Assembly (NCBI RefSeq): GCF_052425735.1
Contig: NC_135761.1
Coordinates: 30,380,001-30,444,000, forward strand
Length of the DNA: 64,000 nt
Direction of reading: 5' to 3'
Origin: Oculina patagonica
Lineage: Eukaryota
The stretch's first letter is position 1. Each line of letters begins with the position of its first letter. Position numbers and translations under genes: made by a program. The notes beneath the pieces were generated by a model. That model did no database searches, was not told the origin of the DNA, and was given only the letters and a program-made list of their open reading frames with translations. This document shows positions 44,415 through 56,885 of the stretch, piece after piece.

Positions 44415-46460
44415 GCTGACTACTATAAGCGACTTGCGGAAGAGGGCTGACTACTTACTATGAGCGAGTTTGTCGAAGAGGGCTGACTACTATGAGCGAC
44501 TTGCCGAAGAGGCCCGACTACTATGAGCGAGTTTGCCGAAGAGGGCCGACTACTATGAGCGAGTTTGCCGAAGAGGGCCGACTACTATGAGCGAGTTTGC
44601 CGAAGAGGGCTGACTACTATGAGCGACTTGCCGAAGAGGCCCGACTACTATGAGCGAGTTTGCCGAAGAGGGCCGACTACTATGAGCGAGTTTGCCGAAG
44701 AGGGCTGACTACTATGAGCGAAGAGGCCCGACTACTATGAGCGAGTTTGCCGAAGAGGGCCGACTACTATGAGCGAGTTTGCCGAAGAGGGCTGACTACT
44801 ATGAGCGAGTTTGCCGAAGAAGGCCGACTACTATGAGCGAGTTTGCCGAAGAGGGCCGAGTACTATGAGCGAGTTTGCCGAAGAGGGCCGAGTACTATGA
44901 GCGAGTTTGCCGTAGAGGTCCGACTACTATGAGCGAGTTTGCCGAAGAGGGCCGAGTACTATGAGCGAGTTTGCCGAAGAGGCCCGACTACTATGAGCGA
45001 GTTTGCCGAAGAGGGCCGACTACTATGAGCGAGTTTTCCGAAGAGGGCCGACTACTATGAGCGAGTTTGCCGAAGAGGGCTGACTACTTACTATGTGCGA
45101 GTTTGACGAAGAGGGCCGACTACTTACTATGTGCGACTTGCGGAAGAGGGCTGACTACTTACTATGAGCGACTTGCCGAAGAGGGCTGACTACTATGAGC
45201 GAGTTTGACGAAGAGGGCTGACTACTTACTATGTGCGACTTGCGGAAGAGGGCTGACTACTTACTATGAGCGAGTTTGACGAAGAGGGCCGACTACTTAC
45301 TATGTGCGACTTGCGGAAGAGGGCTGACTACTTACTATGAGCGACTTGCGGAAGAGGGCCGACTACTTACTATGTGCGACTTGCGGAAGAGGGCCGACTA
45401 CTTACTATGAGCGAGTTTGACGAAGAGGGCCGACTACTTACTATGTGCGACTTGCGGAAGAGGGCCGACTACTTACTATGTGCGACTTGCCGAAGAGGGC
45501 TGACTACTTACTATGAGCGACTTGCGGAAGAGGGCTGACTACTTACTATGAGCGACTTGCGGAAGAGGGCCGACTACTTACTATGAGCGACTTGCCGAAG
45601 AGGGCTGACTACTATGAGCGAGTTTGACGAAGAGGGCTGACTACTTACTATGAGCGACTTGCGGAAGAGGGCCGACTACTTACTATGTGCGACTTGCGGA
45701 AGAGGGCTGACTACTATGAGCGAGTTTGACGAAGAGGGCTGACTACTTACTATGAGCGACTTGCGGAAGAGGGCCGACTACTTACTATGTGCGACTTGCC
45801 GAAGAGGGCTGACTACTATGAGCGAGTTTGACGAAGAGGGCCGACTACTTACTATGTGCGACTTGCGGAAGAGGGCCGACTACTATGAGCGACTTGCCGA
45901 AGAGGGCTGACTACTATGAGCGAGTTTGACGAAGAGGGCTGACTACTTACTATGTGCGACTTGCGGAAGAGGGCTGACTACTTACTATGAGCGACTTGCC
46001 GAAGAGGGCTGACTACTATGAGCGAGTTTGACGAAGAGGGCTGACTACTTACTATGTGCGAGTTTGACGAAGAGGGCTAACTTCTTACTATGTGCGAGTT
46101 TGACGAAGAGGGCCGACTACTTACTATGTGCGACTTGCGGAAGAGGGCTGACTACTTACTATGAGCGACTTGCCGAAGAGGGCTGACTACTATGTGCGAG
46201 TTTGACGAAGAGGGCTGACTACTTACTATGTGCGAGTTTGACGAAGAGGGCCGACTACTTACTATGAGCGACTTGCGGAAGAGGGCTGACTACTTACTAT
46301 GAGCGACTTGCCGAAGAGGGCTGACTACTATGAGCGAGTTTGCTGAAAAGTATCGACTACTATGACGCGACTTGCCGAAGAGGGCCGACTACTATGAGCC
46401 AGTTCGCCGAATAAGACCGACTATTAGGACGGCCGAAGAGTGCCGACTGCAATGACCGAG
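44415..46460. repeat. Expanded minisatellite, ~60 units of 31/32/35/36 bp
   Basis: Head-to-tail GACTAC(TTAC)TATG(A/T)GCGA(GT/C)TTG(C/A)(C/G)GAAGAGGGC(C/T) units with no unique spacers. Confidence 0.97.
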
Positions 46461-47363
46461 CTAATCAGAGTCGAGGCACATGGGGGTAAAAGAAAACTGA
46501 AAATAATCCACGGCCGACCAAACACCAGTGGAACTTATTTGTTCTCGGTTTTGGAAAAGGTCAGTTAAAAAAAACAGTTTTGATTATTTACAAGTAAGTC
46601 GCCATGGAGTATAAAACTGTTTGAACTGAACAGACTCTCTGTTGCAAACGTTGCGGTGTTTTGTAAATCCTCGTGAATAGATCCGAAGCGTTTCAAGTTT
46701 TTTAGAAATCACATGAGCGCTGTGCATACAAGCGTTGCTTCGGCAGCTTCTAGCAAAGAAACACACAGGCACACATCATCAGCAACAAATACAATTTTAT
46801 TCATGAAATAAACTTAATCTTAAATATCAAGAGCTGTTGTTACGTCCCCGAAGAAGCGATAGACAGTAAAAGTTTTTGACCGAGGGTTACGCGCTTGAAA
46901 CATTTTTAAATAATTATAAATATTTAAAGCGCCATTTCTCATCGGTTCAGTAGCACTTAAAACAGTTTAAAGCTGTTAACTACAAATAGTTATTTTAAAT
47001 CTTAAATATCTAAGCTAAATTATGAAATTAAAAAATAATAATAAAAGAAATGTATTTAAAATTGCAAATTCTGACTATAAAATTAGTCCTTTTTTCCGGG
47101 TTGAGGGGGGGGGGGGGGGGGGGCTGGCAGTCGTTTCATAGAGTTGGAGCTCAGAGTACCAGGCAAGGAACGGCCGCCTTAACTTTTAAGATTGTTTTCA
47201 AACAGAACGGACGTTGTATCCACTGTTCACAAAGTATACCGCTTCAGTTTGTCAAAAACAATCGTTTTGCTCTGATGGTTCGGGTAAGAGGAGCATTTTT
47301 CCAATCTCAGCCGGAACAAGACCGGCATTTATCGACAAATGTCACCAGTCGCATATTAAATCG

Positions 47364-50300
47364 CTAAATAAGTCTTGTTCTGAGTAAATATCGAGCACTT
47401 CGTCGAAACCATAAAGCAACCACGATTAAAAAGGCAACAGAAAAAACGAAACAAGCAAATAAATATGGAGAGCTTTGTGTCTTCTCTAAAGTCCGCGATA
47501 AAACTGAAAACAAATAGAAAAAACAAAAAGCGTTAGTAATCAATTCATTTTTCGCAATTTTGAGATAGATATCAGCGAAAACTCTAACTTATACCTCCAC
47601 AAGGATAGGATGGGGTGTAAAATTGATTAGCATAACCTAGTGACCAACTATTTGGCAAACTAGTAATCTGATTGGCTACGCACGGGCGGTGTAAATTTCA
47701 ATGGACTGCCATGGGAAGGAGCGCGCACAAGTAAAATTGCCGAAATCACAAACCAAAACTTTAACTAAACCACTTTCACTGATCCTTTTGTTGAATAGAT
47801 AGGTGTTTGGGTTATGCTAAAGCAATTGGACGGCTCGCTCTCGGTTTCTACCCTCGAGCCTGCCGTCTAAGTGTTAACCATCGACGGCTGAGCTCAAGAT
47901 ATTTCAGATACGCCTTAGTCTTGGTAAATTTAATAATAACTCAAGCTTTCTCTTAAGTTGAGCTCTTGTTTGTGAGCACACAACAGAATTAAATCAGATC
48001 GGGTTTGGTTAAAAACAAAATACTTCACTAACCATTGTAAATTCGAAAATCATACCTGATTTATTGGGGTCCACAACTGTTGAACCAACACCCGTAATAC
48101 TCCGCACCATGTGATTGTACTAAAAAAAAAGAGAGTAAAACAATTGAACAAAGCTTTCATTTGTGGTTTCGTTTTATGTTCCTAAGGTAAAAAAAGGTAA
48201 AGCAACTTTATTTATACACGGTTTGTGTTTAAAGCTAGAAGCTTGTGGGGCCGTGTATATGAAACAAATACTGAACAAATATAATCTATTAAATAAACAT
48301 AACATGGTTAAAAATCCCAACTGGCAGGAGGCAGACCAGTTGGCTATTCACAAGCATGACCGAGGATTTGAACTCGGGATGACCGAGAACAAATCCAGAT
48401 AGTGGTCAGAACGGGACTTGAACCCGGGACCTCCGGATTTCAAGTCCGGCGCTCTAACCACTCGGCCACGCTGCCTCCTGTACTAAGCCACCCCATTCGT
48501 CCCCCATTCTCGTCCCTCTGAGCCGGCAGAGCCTGGGGCACGAGGAACAAAGGCCCGAGAGAGGCATCTGAGATATATCGAGCCCAGGGCCTTCTCCGCG
48601 ACGATTTTCAGAATCGCGGCTTGAAAAGTGGAGAAGATCCTGGTGACGAGGTTGTCTGAAATACCAACAGAAAATGCCATACTGATGACGTGGAACAAGT
48701 GAGATCCAGATAGCGTCCCTGACTGGTCAAACACAGACGACCAAGGTTGACAATCCTAGACAGATTAAGAATGCTCACCTGATCAGTAACGTAGATAATT
48801 TTTCTTTTATGGTCAAAAGTCAGTCCTGTGGGATGAAAGAACTTGGCCTGTTTGCCGACTCCATCTCTGTAGCCTTCAGTACCACCGGCCAGCGTTCTTA
48901 CTTCACCTGTAAATTAAAACAACTCTCGTGACATAATTTTTTTTCTATTTTAAAAAAATTCTTTAAGACCTTGTACAGGTCGGAGCATACCGTTTCAGCA
49001 ACCCACCCAACAAGTTTACTAAGCCGAGGGCAACGTAAGACAATAGCGAAGCGCGCGAGATCTAAAAATAGAATGCAAATGTTATACCTCTCGAGGCTCA
49101 GAAAACATCAGCGTGTTCTCAAAGGAAATAGAGGGGAATCTAGGCGAAGTTTTTGCGCCATTCCGGTTTGTTTGTCTGAGTCTTGTCTGGGTCATGACGT
49201 CACTCGCGCGCTTCACTATTCTATACAATCAATTGCGATAAACCAAAGGCCTTGAAGTCGTCGTTATTCTGAAACTTTTACGAACTGAAATGTTACTCTA
49301 ACTCATACACTTACCTGTTGGAGTAACAATTCTTACGGCATTGCTGTCCTAAAAAGAATTTAAAAGCAATTTGTTATTAAGCTTCTAATAGAAATCTGCA
49401 TAAAGAGACTTGAAGTGGCGACATACGACTTAGAAACCACATAAGATCACTGTTGAAATATTAAAGCAGTTTTGAGTCATTGCCACATTTCTTGTACATT
49501 TTCTAATATTTTTGCAGCAGCTCCGAGAAAATGTCCATTTAATAATCAAATCTACAACTGAACTTTCACATCATACTCACAAACTCAACAACGTATAGAA
49601 TGTTATGATCCGTGTCAAAGTACACTCCCTCAGGGTAATTAAACCTCGCTTCTTTTCCAACACCGTCCTTGAATCCTTCTCTTCCACCACCAGCAAGCGT
49701 TTTTACTTGGCCTAGAAAAAGAACATTAACCGTTAGTCGTGTAGCAAGCCGTGCTTGCAAACGAACGTAAACGAATGCACACGAAGGCAAACCGACGCGT
49801 GCGAATGTACGTGAATGCATCTAGCGCACACGTGACACATGAATTGAAACAAACGGACCAACGTACGTATACGGACAATGTTGACTGGGTGGGAAGTCTT
49901 AACTGTAGGTTAACACCTTGTTATTTGTACCTAATTATTAGAGACATCATTTGCAGAAAAAAAAATCACCTAAAAGACCTGCGACTAATCAACAATCAAT
50001 GTCTATATAAAAATACAGTAAAAATAATAACAATTTACCAGTATTTACGTCCACTGCGCGAATGACATGGTTATACTGGGAAGAATAATATACAAACATT
50101 AGAAATTATTAAAAACTAGCCATGGTATATTGTAATTCCTGAGTTTTGATTGGTTAACAGGCCATGGTATATGGTATACTGACAAAAGTATATCATTTTA
50201 ATACTCTGTATACAACTTCACCCCCCCCCCCCCCCCCCCCCACCACCCACGGATAAATGGCTATCCAGTCGAAAGCGTACTCTGTTTGGCCAACATTTAC

Positions 50301-53300
50301 TGGGTAGACTCTAGATAGCAGTTTGTCAAGTTGATAGCGCTATCTACTCTTTGAACAACTGGGGCCTGAACAAAAGGACGGTACTTATGTCACACCAAGG
50401 GAAAAAGGCGAAGGCCAAGGAAAAAAAAATAGACAAGAACACTGGATTAAATTGGCTTTCTTTCTCCCGCTTCGGACTTCGTTCTAAAAGGCCCAGTGAT
50501 GCGGACAACATTTTCATGCAATTTTTCCTGACAATATTGCATTGCAAGTTGATTTGCGTAATTTCGCGTGTAACAAAGTGCGGGAACATGTTGAGTTCAA
50601 CTTTGTGCAACATGTTGTCGAAAATTACAACACGCGTGCTAATACTCCGAATAACACTTAACAACTTGTATTTCAACGTTGTTGCGTGTCAAGTTGCAAG
50701 AAAATGTTGTCCGTATTCTGGGCCTGTCCAAGCAATGTTTCAACACGAGTTATTGGTTAAATTAGAAAGTTACTTAAGCCTGGTTCTCATATGATCGTCC
50801 CGATCGTCTCTGTCGCTTCTGTCGCTTCAAAAAGTTTGCTTGCTCCAATCACCTCAGACTTTGCAAACGACAGAAGCGACAGAGACGATCGGGGCGATCA
50901 TATGAGAACCAGCCTTTAGTCCCCTACATGATCAGCCACGTATAATATCCCAGAATTCACGTCAAGCGAGATCCCTGTTGGATGATAAAATTTAGCCTCT
51001 TTTCCGATACCATCTGCAAGCCCCTGGCTACCCCCGACAAATGTTGTAACTTTTCCTGTTAAAAGAAAATGAACGGCCCAAGTTAGCTGCAGTGAAAACT
51101 TACAGTAGTGTCTAAAGCAATAAAATGAACGACGGACGCACAGCCTAAAACGACAGAAAGCAAGCCAACAAAATAAAAGAACGTTCGGACGAGTCGACGA
51201 AAGCCCGAAGCTATCGAACGAACGAACGAATGAACGAACGGACGAACGGACGAACGAACGAACATACATTTAAATCAACGTACCGTCAGACAACGAAATG
51301 ATCCTTATTGCATGATTATCCTGCGAAGAATAAACATCATATTTAATGAAATAACTTGACTATAACACGACTTTTTTTATATAATTTCACCCTATTATAC
51401 TTAACAACTATTCACCCAAGTGGAGGTGGCTAGTGGTGGATATTAACCGAGCCGTAAACAATTAAGTATATGCTAAAACAGTGAGATAATATAGCCCAAA
51501 AGGATGATTTTTATAATGTTTAATAGATGAGCAGCAGAGTTTTATCAAGTTTAAAACACGAGGCACAGCCAAGTGTTTTAGACTTGATAAAACACGAACT
51601 GCGAATTTATTGAACGGCTTAAAAATCTTCTGATGTAGATCAACTCATTCTTGCACTTATATTTAGATTTGGAGTTATTTTGGCCTAGAAAATTGGACGT
51701 AAAGTTTAGCCGTGTCTTTATCAGATATAAAGACACTCATTAAACATTAATTTCTTTTGTACTTTCTTTATGAATTATAAATGAGTTTTTTAAGACTAGT
51801 TTATTCCTATCAACGAGTACAGTTTTCGCGTTCGAAATGCTCGGAGGTGAATAACAAAGGATATTCGGAGTTTGAATAGCCAATTAGCGCGCGCCAAAAT
51901 TGCTATCCACTGTTTGAGTATATACTAATACACGATATTTTCAACAAATTCTTCAGTCACACTTAAAAGAAAGTTTCAAAATTGAAAATGCTTGAAAAGT
52001 AAAAAAACGTCTGGCACAAAAAACTCTGAATTATCTCACTGAAATTTGCGTAGATTTTACTCCAAAACCAAACGAGGTAGGCCCGGTTCAAACGCCGTAC
52101 TTTTCATGAGCCGAACTCAATTCGAATTTGGACCGACCCAAATTGACAAAAGTACGCCTCTTGATTCAGACGCCGTACTTTTTGGCCGTTCCGAGGCCGT
52201 TCCTAATACAGTTGCAATAATTGAGGTAAACAGCTGGCAAAATACATTGTAATAATTTATGAATTAGGATCGGCACATGAAAAGTACGGCGTCTGAATCA
52301 AAGCCGTTCCAAAGGCGTTCCACAGGCGAAATTCTCGGCCAAGCCAGGCGGGAAGAACGGGTGAGCCGTTCCATATTGAAATAGCCGTTCTAATTTGATT
52401 CATACGCCGATCTTTTCATGTACTTAATTCAAGGAATTAGGTTCGGCTCATGAAAAGATCGGCGTCTGAACCGGGCCGTACTCTTGTAATGTTCATCGTG
52501 AATATGCTTTAAAACGGCACTAACGAGAAATCAGTACACGATGGAATGAAAAAATTGGGAAAAAAAGCAGGCCTTTCGAATGTAACTGACCGTGTCACTG
52601 AGAAACAGCCTCTTTTTCCTGTTGTCAATTTCAAGTTGTTGGGGATTGGTCATCTTGGCTTTGATTCCTACGTCATCGTGGAACCCAGGCTCCCCACTGC
52701 CAGCAAACGACGTTACTTGAGCTGAAACGACAATCTTTGGTTTAGCCTCTTTTTTTGTCAGAACAATCAGCTAGCTATTCACCCAATAGTAGTCAAAAGA
52801 AGACGTAACTAAACAGAACACACCTGTTTTAAGATCAATTTTTCTTATTCTGTCATTACCCTGTTTTATCAACAAAAGAAACAGTCATATAAATCATCCA
52901 ACTCTAATGATAAAGCTGTATACAGTCAACTCTCGTTAAAGCGGACACGCTCGGGGCGTCGTTTAGTGTCCGTTATAGCGAGAGTCCGTAATAGCGGGAG
53001 TCATTTCCAGTCAAACCTTATTCGCCGGGGATCTGGATTTTGTTCGAATAGCGAGTGTCCGCAATAGCGGGGTGTCCGCAAGGCGAGAGTTGACTGTATT
53101 ACAAAAACTTTGGGTTATGGGTGAATGAAAGCGAGCCTTATTTTACCTTGCACCTTCCGCCAATTAAAATGGGAAATTTACACCTTTTACAAATCGTTTT
53201 TTTGTTGGCCTTTCTCCGTCTTCTTGAAGCAACATGACTTGTTCTATGACGAGTTGACGTCACATCGGTTTGACTCGCAACCTCGATCCCAGCCTTCTCT

Positions 53301-56300
53301 CATTCCTCCCCCTCCCCTCCCCCCCCCCCCTTTCCTTTTCGTCCTAATCCCACGAGAGAGGAAACAGCTTGGAAACAATCCGCAACGGAGAGAGCATCCC
53401 CTTGTGTACTTCCCTTATTAGCAGCTAGTTTTTATGAGGGTGGTGGGGGGTTTTTTTTTTTTTTTTTCCATAGAAGCCCTGGATTAACCCTTCACAGCAC
53501 AGCACTCAATAGCTTCTTTCTATATCTATTCATTTTAAAATAAGCCACTATATAGAACAAAAACTGACATTTATAAGAAATTGGCCTTTTTTGCTCTGGT
53601 TCGAATAAACCATATATATAGACACTGTTATTGTATGTGATTACACTCACACTGTCTGCCACATATAAGACTTTTTCTACTTGATCGATAGCCATTCCTG
53701 TAAACAAGAAATACAAATTACTTTAAGTTCAATAAGAACTCCAAAAAATTAAATGAAATCACTAATTTAAGTGACGAGAACCTCTCGTACACGCCGTTGT
53801 TCTTTTTCAGTTAGAGGCTTAGAGCGGTTTCACTTGAGTGCCGAAAGTAATTCGCATTTGCTTTTGTTTTGCATTACTTCGCTTGGTGATTGGTTTAAAA
53901 ATCTCGCGCCACTTTCTAGTCCAATCAGAACTAAAACCAAAACCAATCGTGGCTTGTTCGTACACGTTTTTCCGCGCTTCGTGCCGTCCAAATATATTTG
54001 CTGCGAGTTTTGATTGGTTCACTGGATTGTCTATGTCCTTTGTGATTGGCCAAAGTGATTACGCTTTGGTTGTTTTGGTTTTACGACTTGTCTTTGTTAA
54101 ACCAAGACAATCATGTAACTTTTCGTACTTAACTTCTGATTAGACCAGAAAGTAGCGCGATTTTTTGTCTAGTTAAGCAAAACGAAAGCAAAGGCTAATT
54201 ATTTATTGTCGACCCTCTAAGGTTTATATACTATTAGTACTAGGAGTAGTTCTCACTAACATTGCCCCCGCTTTTGGCTTATCCTGCTTTGAATTTGATT
54301 TTGCAAATGTCGTCTTTTTTGCAGCTTAATTTTACAGGAAAACTTTTCATTAACCGTCCGTCTTTGGACTTGAATTTGTGAAAATATCTTGGATATTCCT
54401 GAAGGGGTTTTAAGACAAGTAGTCTTAGTCTAGGGTGTTTTATAGCCATGAGACAACATTTAACAATTAATGCTAATTAGGGAAACTAAACAAAAGGAAA
54501 CGATGAGACAAGTGTCTAATGGTATCTATTTTTGAGTAATTACTATTTCTTGGTGAAAATAGTCAAGACCTCTTATTCGTTACTACAAGAAAAATGATGA
54601 TTGTTAAATAATCCCCTCGACCTGTTAACTGTTTTGAATTTTACATGTAATTTTGTCACCTGAAGTATGATGAAACTTCGCGTCCTCGCCTTTTCCATCT
54701 TTGTATCCTTGAGCGCCTCCGGCAAGAGTCGTCACTCGACCTATCACGGAAAGGAAACGTCAGTTTTGTACTTAATTTAACCTCTGTGGGTGAGCGTAAA
54801 TTCAACATGAGACATTAAACCTCAAAAGAAAAGAGATGAACTAAATGCAGAAAATATGAAACAAAATCGAGTTACGCAGGAAAAGAGTAAAACGAATGTT
54901 CAATTGTCGCTGTAAAAACAAAAACCTCCTCACCTGTATTGACGTCGATTTTTCGTATACGATCGTTGCTATGAACAGTTTCTGGACAGCCCTATAGAGA
55001 GCACAGAAACACAATCTCAAACTATCATGGTCATTGATGACATTAATGAGGAAAATTTAAATAGTAAGATTAGACTCTGAAGTTGGAAGTCTGGGTGAAA
55101 ATCACGGATTTTGGTCTTATTTTACCTGAATGGAATAAAGTTTTCAGTTCAGTTCAGTTTATCAGTTCAGTTGGGATGTTTAGGACAGAACGCCAACTTT
55201 TTAAGCCGTCGTGGTCTCGTTTAGGGGTTTAGGGCCTAGAAAAACTTAGGGCCATAGCGACAGTGATTTCATTTAACCCCTGAAATAATATCTAATAGTT
55301 AGTTCGTAACAGTCAAAACTAAACAAAAGAAGGCAATGGAGTCAGTGCCAAATAGTATCTAAAAGTGTAATAACTATTTCACGGGGTTAGCAAAATCACT
55401 CAACTAAAATGTATCGTAATTTACTATTTTTAGAACATTTTTTTTATATTTTTATTCATAACACGACTGCATTAGCTCTGTTGTAATTTTTAATCGTGTA
55501 TTACTATAAATAAATGCTACTGTTACATAAAATAATAAATAAATAAATTACCTTTATTTAGACACGGTAAGAATTAAAGTTATAAGCTTGTGGGGCTGTG
55601 TATTCCCGATCGAATTGGAATTTGGAAGTGTTGGTTTTTGTGGAGGGAGGAAAACCGGAGGCAAGGACGAGAACCGACAACAAACTCAACCCACATGTGA
55701 CACCGGGCCGGAATTGAACCCGGGCCACATTGGTGGGAGGCGAGCGCTCTCACCACTGCGCCATCCCTGATTCCCTGCTACATAATATATACGTTTAGTA
55801 TATCATTGATAGCGATAATAAGGAAAAATTAACATAACTAATCTTCATACTTACACAGTCAGCCACGTACAGCACATTTTCCTCGGGGTCAAACTCGATA
55901 CCCCAGGGGTAATTAAACCGGGCATCTGTTCCTATGCCGTCCATTGCAGAAGCTTTGTTATCCACACAATCTGCTTTTCCACCCTCGTGAGCCTTTCCAC
56001 CCCCGGCTACTGTCTTCACGACACCTGAGGGGAGGGGGGAGAGGAAAAATCACTCGAATGATATCCTTAGTTTCGGAAGTGAAGATGTCTGAGAAATTAC
56101 TTTTGGGAAAAACCGTTGTCACGGAGATTTCTATACGGACACTGTACGGTGTCCAAACCCGGTAGTGCGTTACAAGGGATCCGCTTTATATTGAGGCGTT
56201 GTGTGACAAAAATTACGTGTTGTTTTGCAATTTGCTATTACCCAAACTTCGATAAACTGAACAAAACATTGGGAATAAAAGGCTTAAACACAAGAAAAGG

Positions 56301-56738
56301 TGCCTCAAATGATAGATAATTGTCTTTCACAAACCATGTTTAGTCATAAGCGCAAAATTACAGGCGAAAAAAAACGAAATGGTTTCGTGTTTCCAAGCTG
56401 AAATCAGTTATTCGCATTTCCATAGCAAGCACTTCTAATAATACAATAGAAAAGTTGAAACCAACGGTTACAAAAGTGTTTCACCGTATTTATAAACTCT
56501 TTAATAGCGGCGATAATTCGTAAAATACTACACAACCACTAAACAACTAAAACAAGTTGCGATTTCAATTTGATTGTTTCTATTGTGAGTCTCGCACGCG
56601 CGAAATTGCGAGATAAATCGATTAACTAGAAGTCAATATAAACACGCATATTTTACGTAAATACTTACCTGGTTCTTGTGCCAAAACTCTTGTGTGTAGA
56701 AGAACTATCATTATTCCCAACTGAGCTGAGAACGCCAT
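47364..56738 (-). CDS. NHL-repeat type I membrane protein, paralog B (430 aa)
   Basis: 15 in-frame exons: 56738-56669, 56024-55855, 54991-54934, 54740-54660, 53697-53651, 52860-52824, 52721-52591, 51320-51284, 51055-50928, 50075-50039, 49711-49581, 49348-49315, 48906-48779, 48119-48056, 47503-47364. Same structure as paralog A, no internal stops. Confidence 0.9.
48285..48479 (-). mobile_element. tRNA-derived SINE with well-preserved A/B boxes
   Basis: Minus strand GGCAGCGTGGCCGAGTGGTTAGAGCG...GGTTCAAGTCC, then a non-tRNA body and AT-rich tail; acceptor stem does not close. Confidence 0.75.
50777..50915. mobile_element. Harbinger-type MITE 12 bp from an NHL-B splice donor
   Basis: AGCCTGGTTCTCATATGATCG TIRs; TTA TSD confirmed by the empty site in paralog A (~34835). 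Longer relative at ~29884-30270. Confidence 0.85.
51216..51263. repeat. (GAAC)n microsatellite
   Basis: Imperfect GAAC tandem run; shorter in the paralogous intron (~35140-35157). Confidence 0.85.
52080..52477. mobile_element. Harbinger-like MITE
   Basis: GGCCCGGTTCA(A/G)ACGCCG TIRs; 3-bp GTA TSD. Confidence 0.75.
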
Positions 56739-56885
56739 CTTCCTTGATCTGTGATACGAGCTTCCGTTGTATTCAAGGTATTGCGTTACTTCGCTGTTCG
56801 CGTCAGGTTGTTGATATGCAAAACCAACACAATAACATACCGTAATACTCATGTGTTACGTTTTGTTAATAAGCTTTTATATATA

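Noticed and set aside
44460-45080. Chain of ATGA-overlapping mini-ORFs (MSEFAEEGRLL*) in the satellite
   Set aside because: This follows arithmetically from a 32-nt unit containing ATGA; 31- and 36-nt variants break the pattern and nothing indicates translation.
44415-46460. CRISPR array (32-36 bp repeat length)
   Set aside because: Units are contiguous with no unique spacers, there are no cas genes, and the context is eukaryotic.
48400-48476. tRNA gene with TGA anticodon (minus strand)
   Set aside because: The acceptor stem does not pair and the sequence continues into a SINE body and tail.
28776-56738. Recent bacterial HGT or contamination for the NHL genes; haplotig artefact for the duplication
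   Set aside because: Each gene has 14 spliceosomal introns, and the two copies differ by many independent transposon insertions and diverged introns. A very divergent haplotype is unlikely but needs read-depth confirmation.
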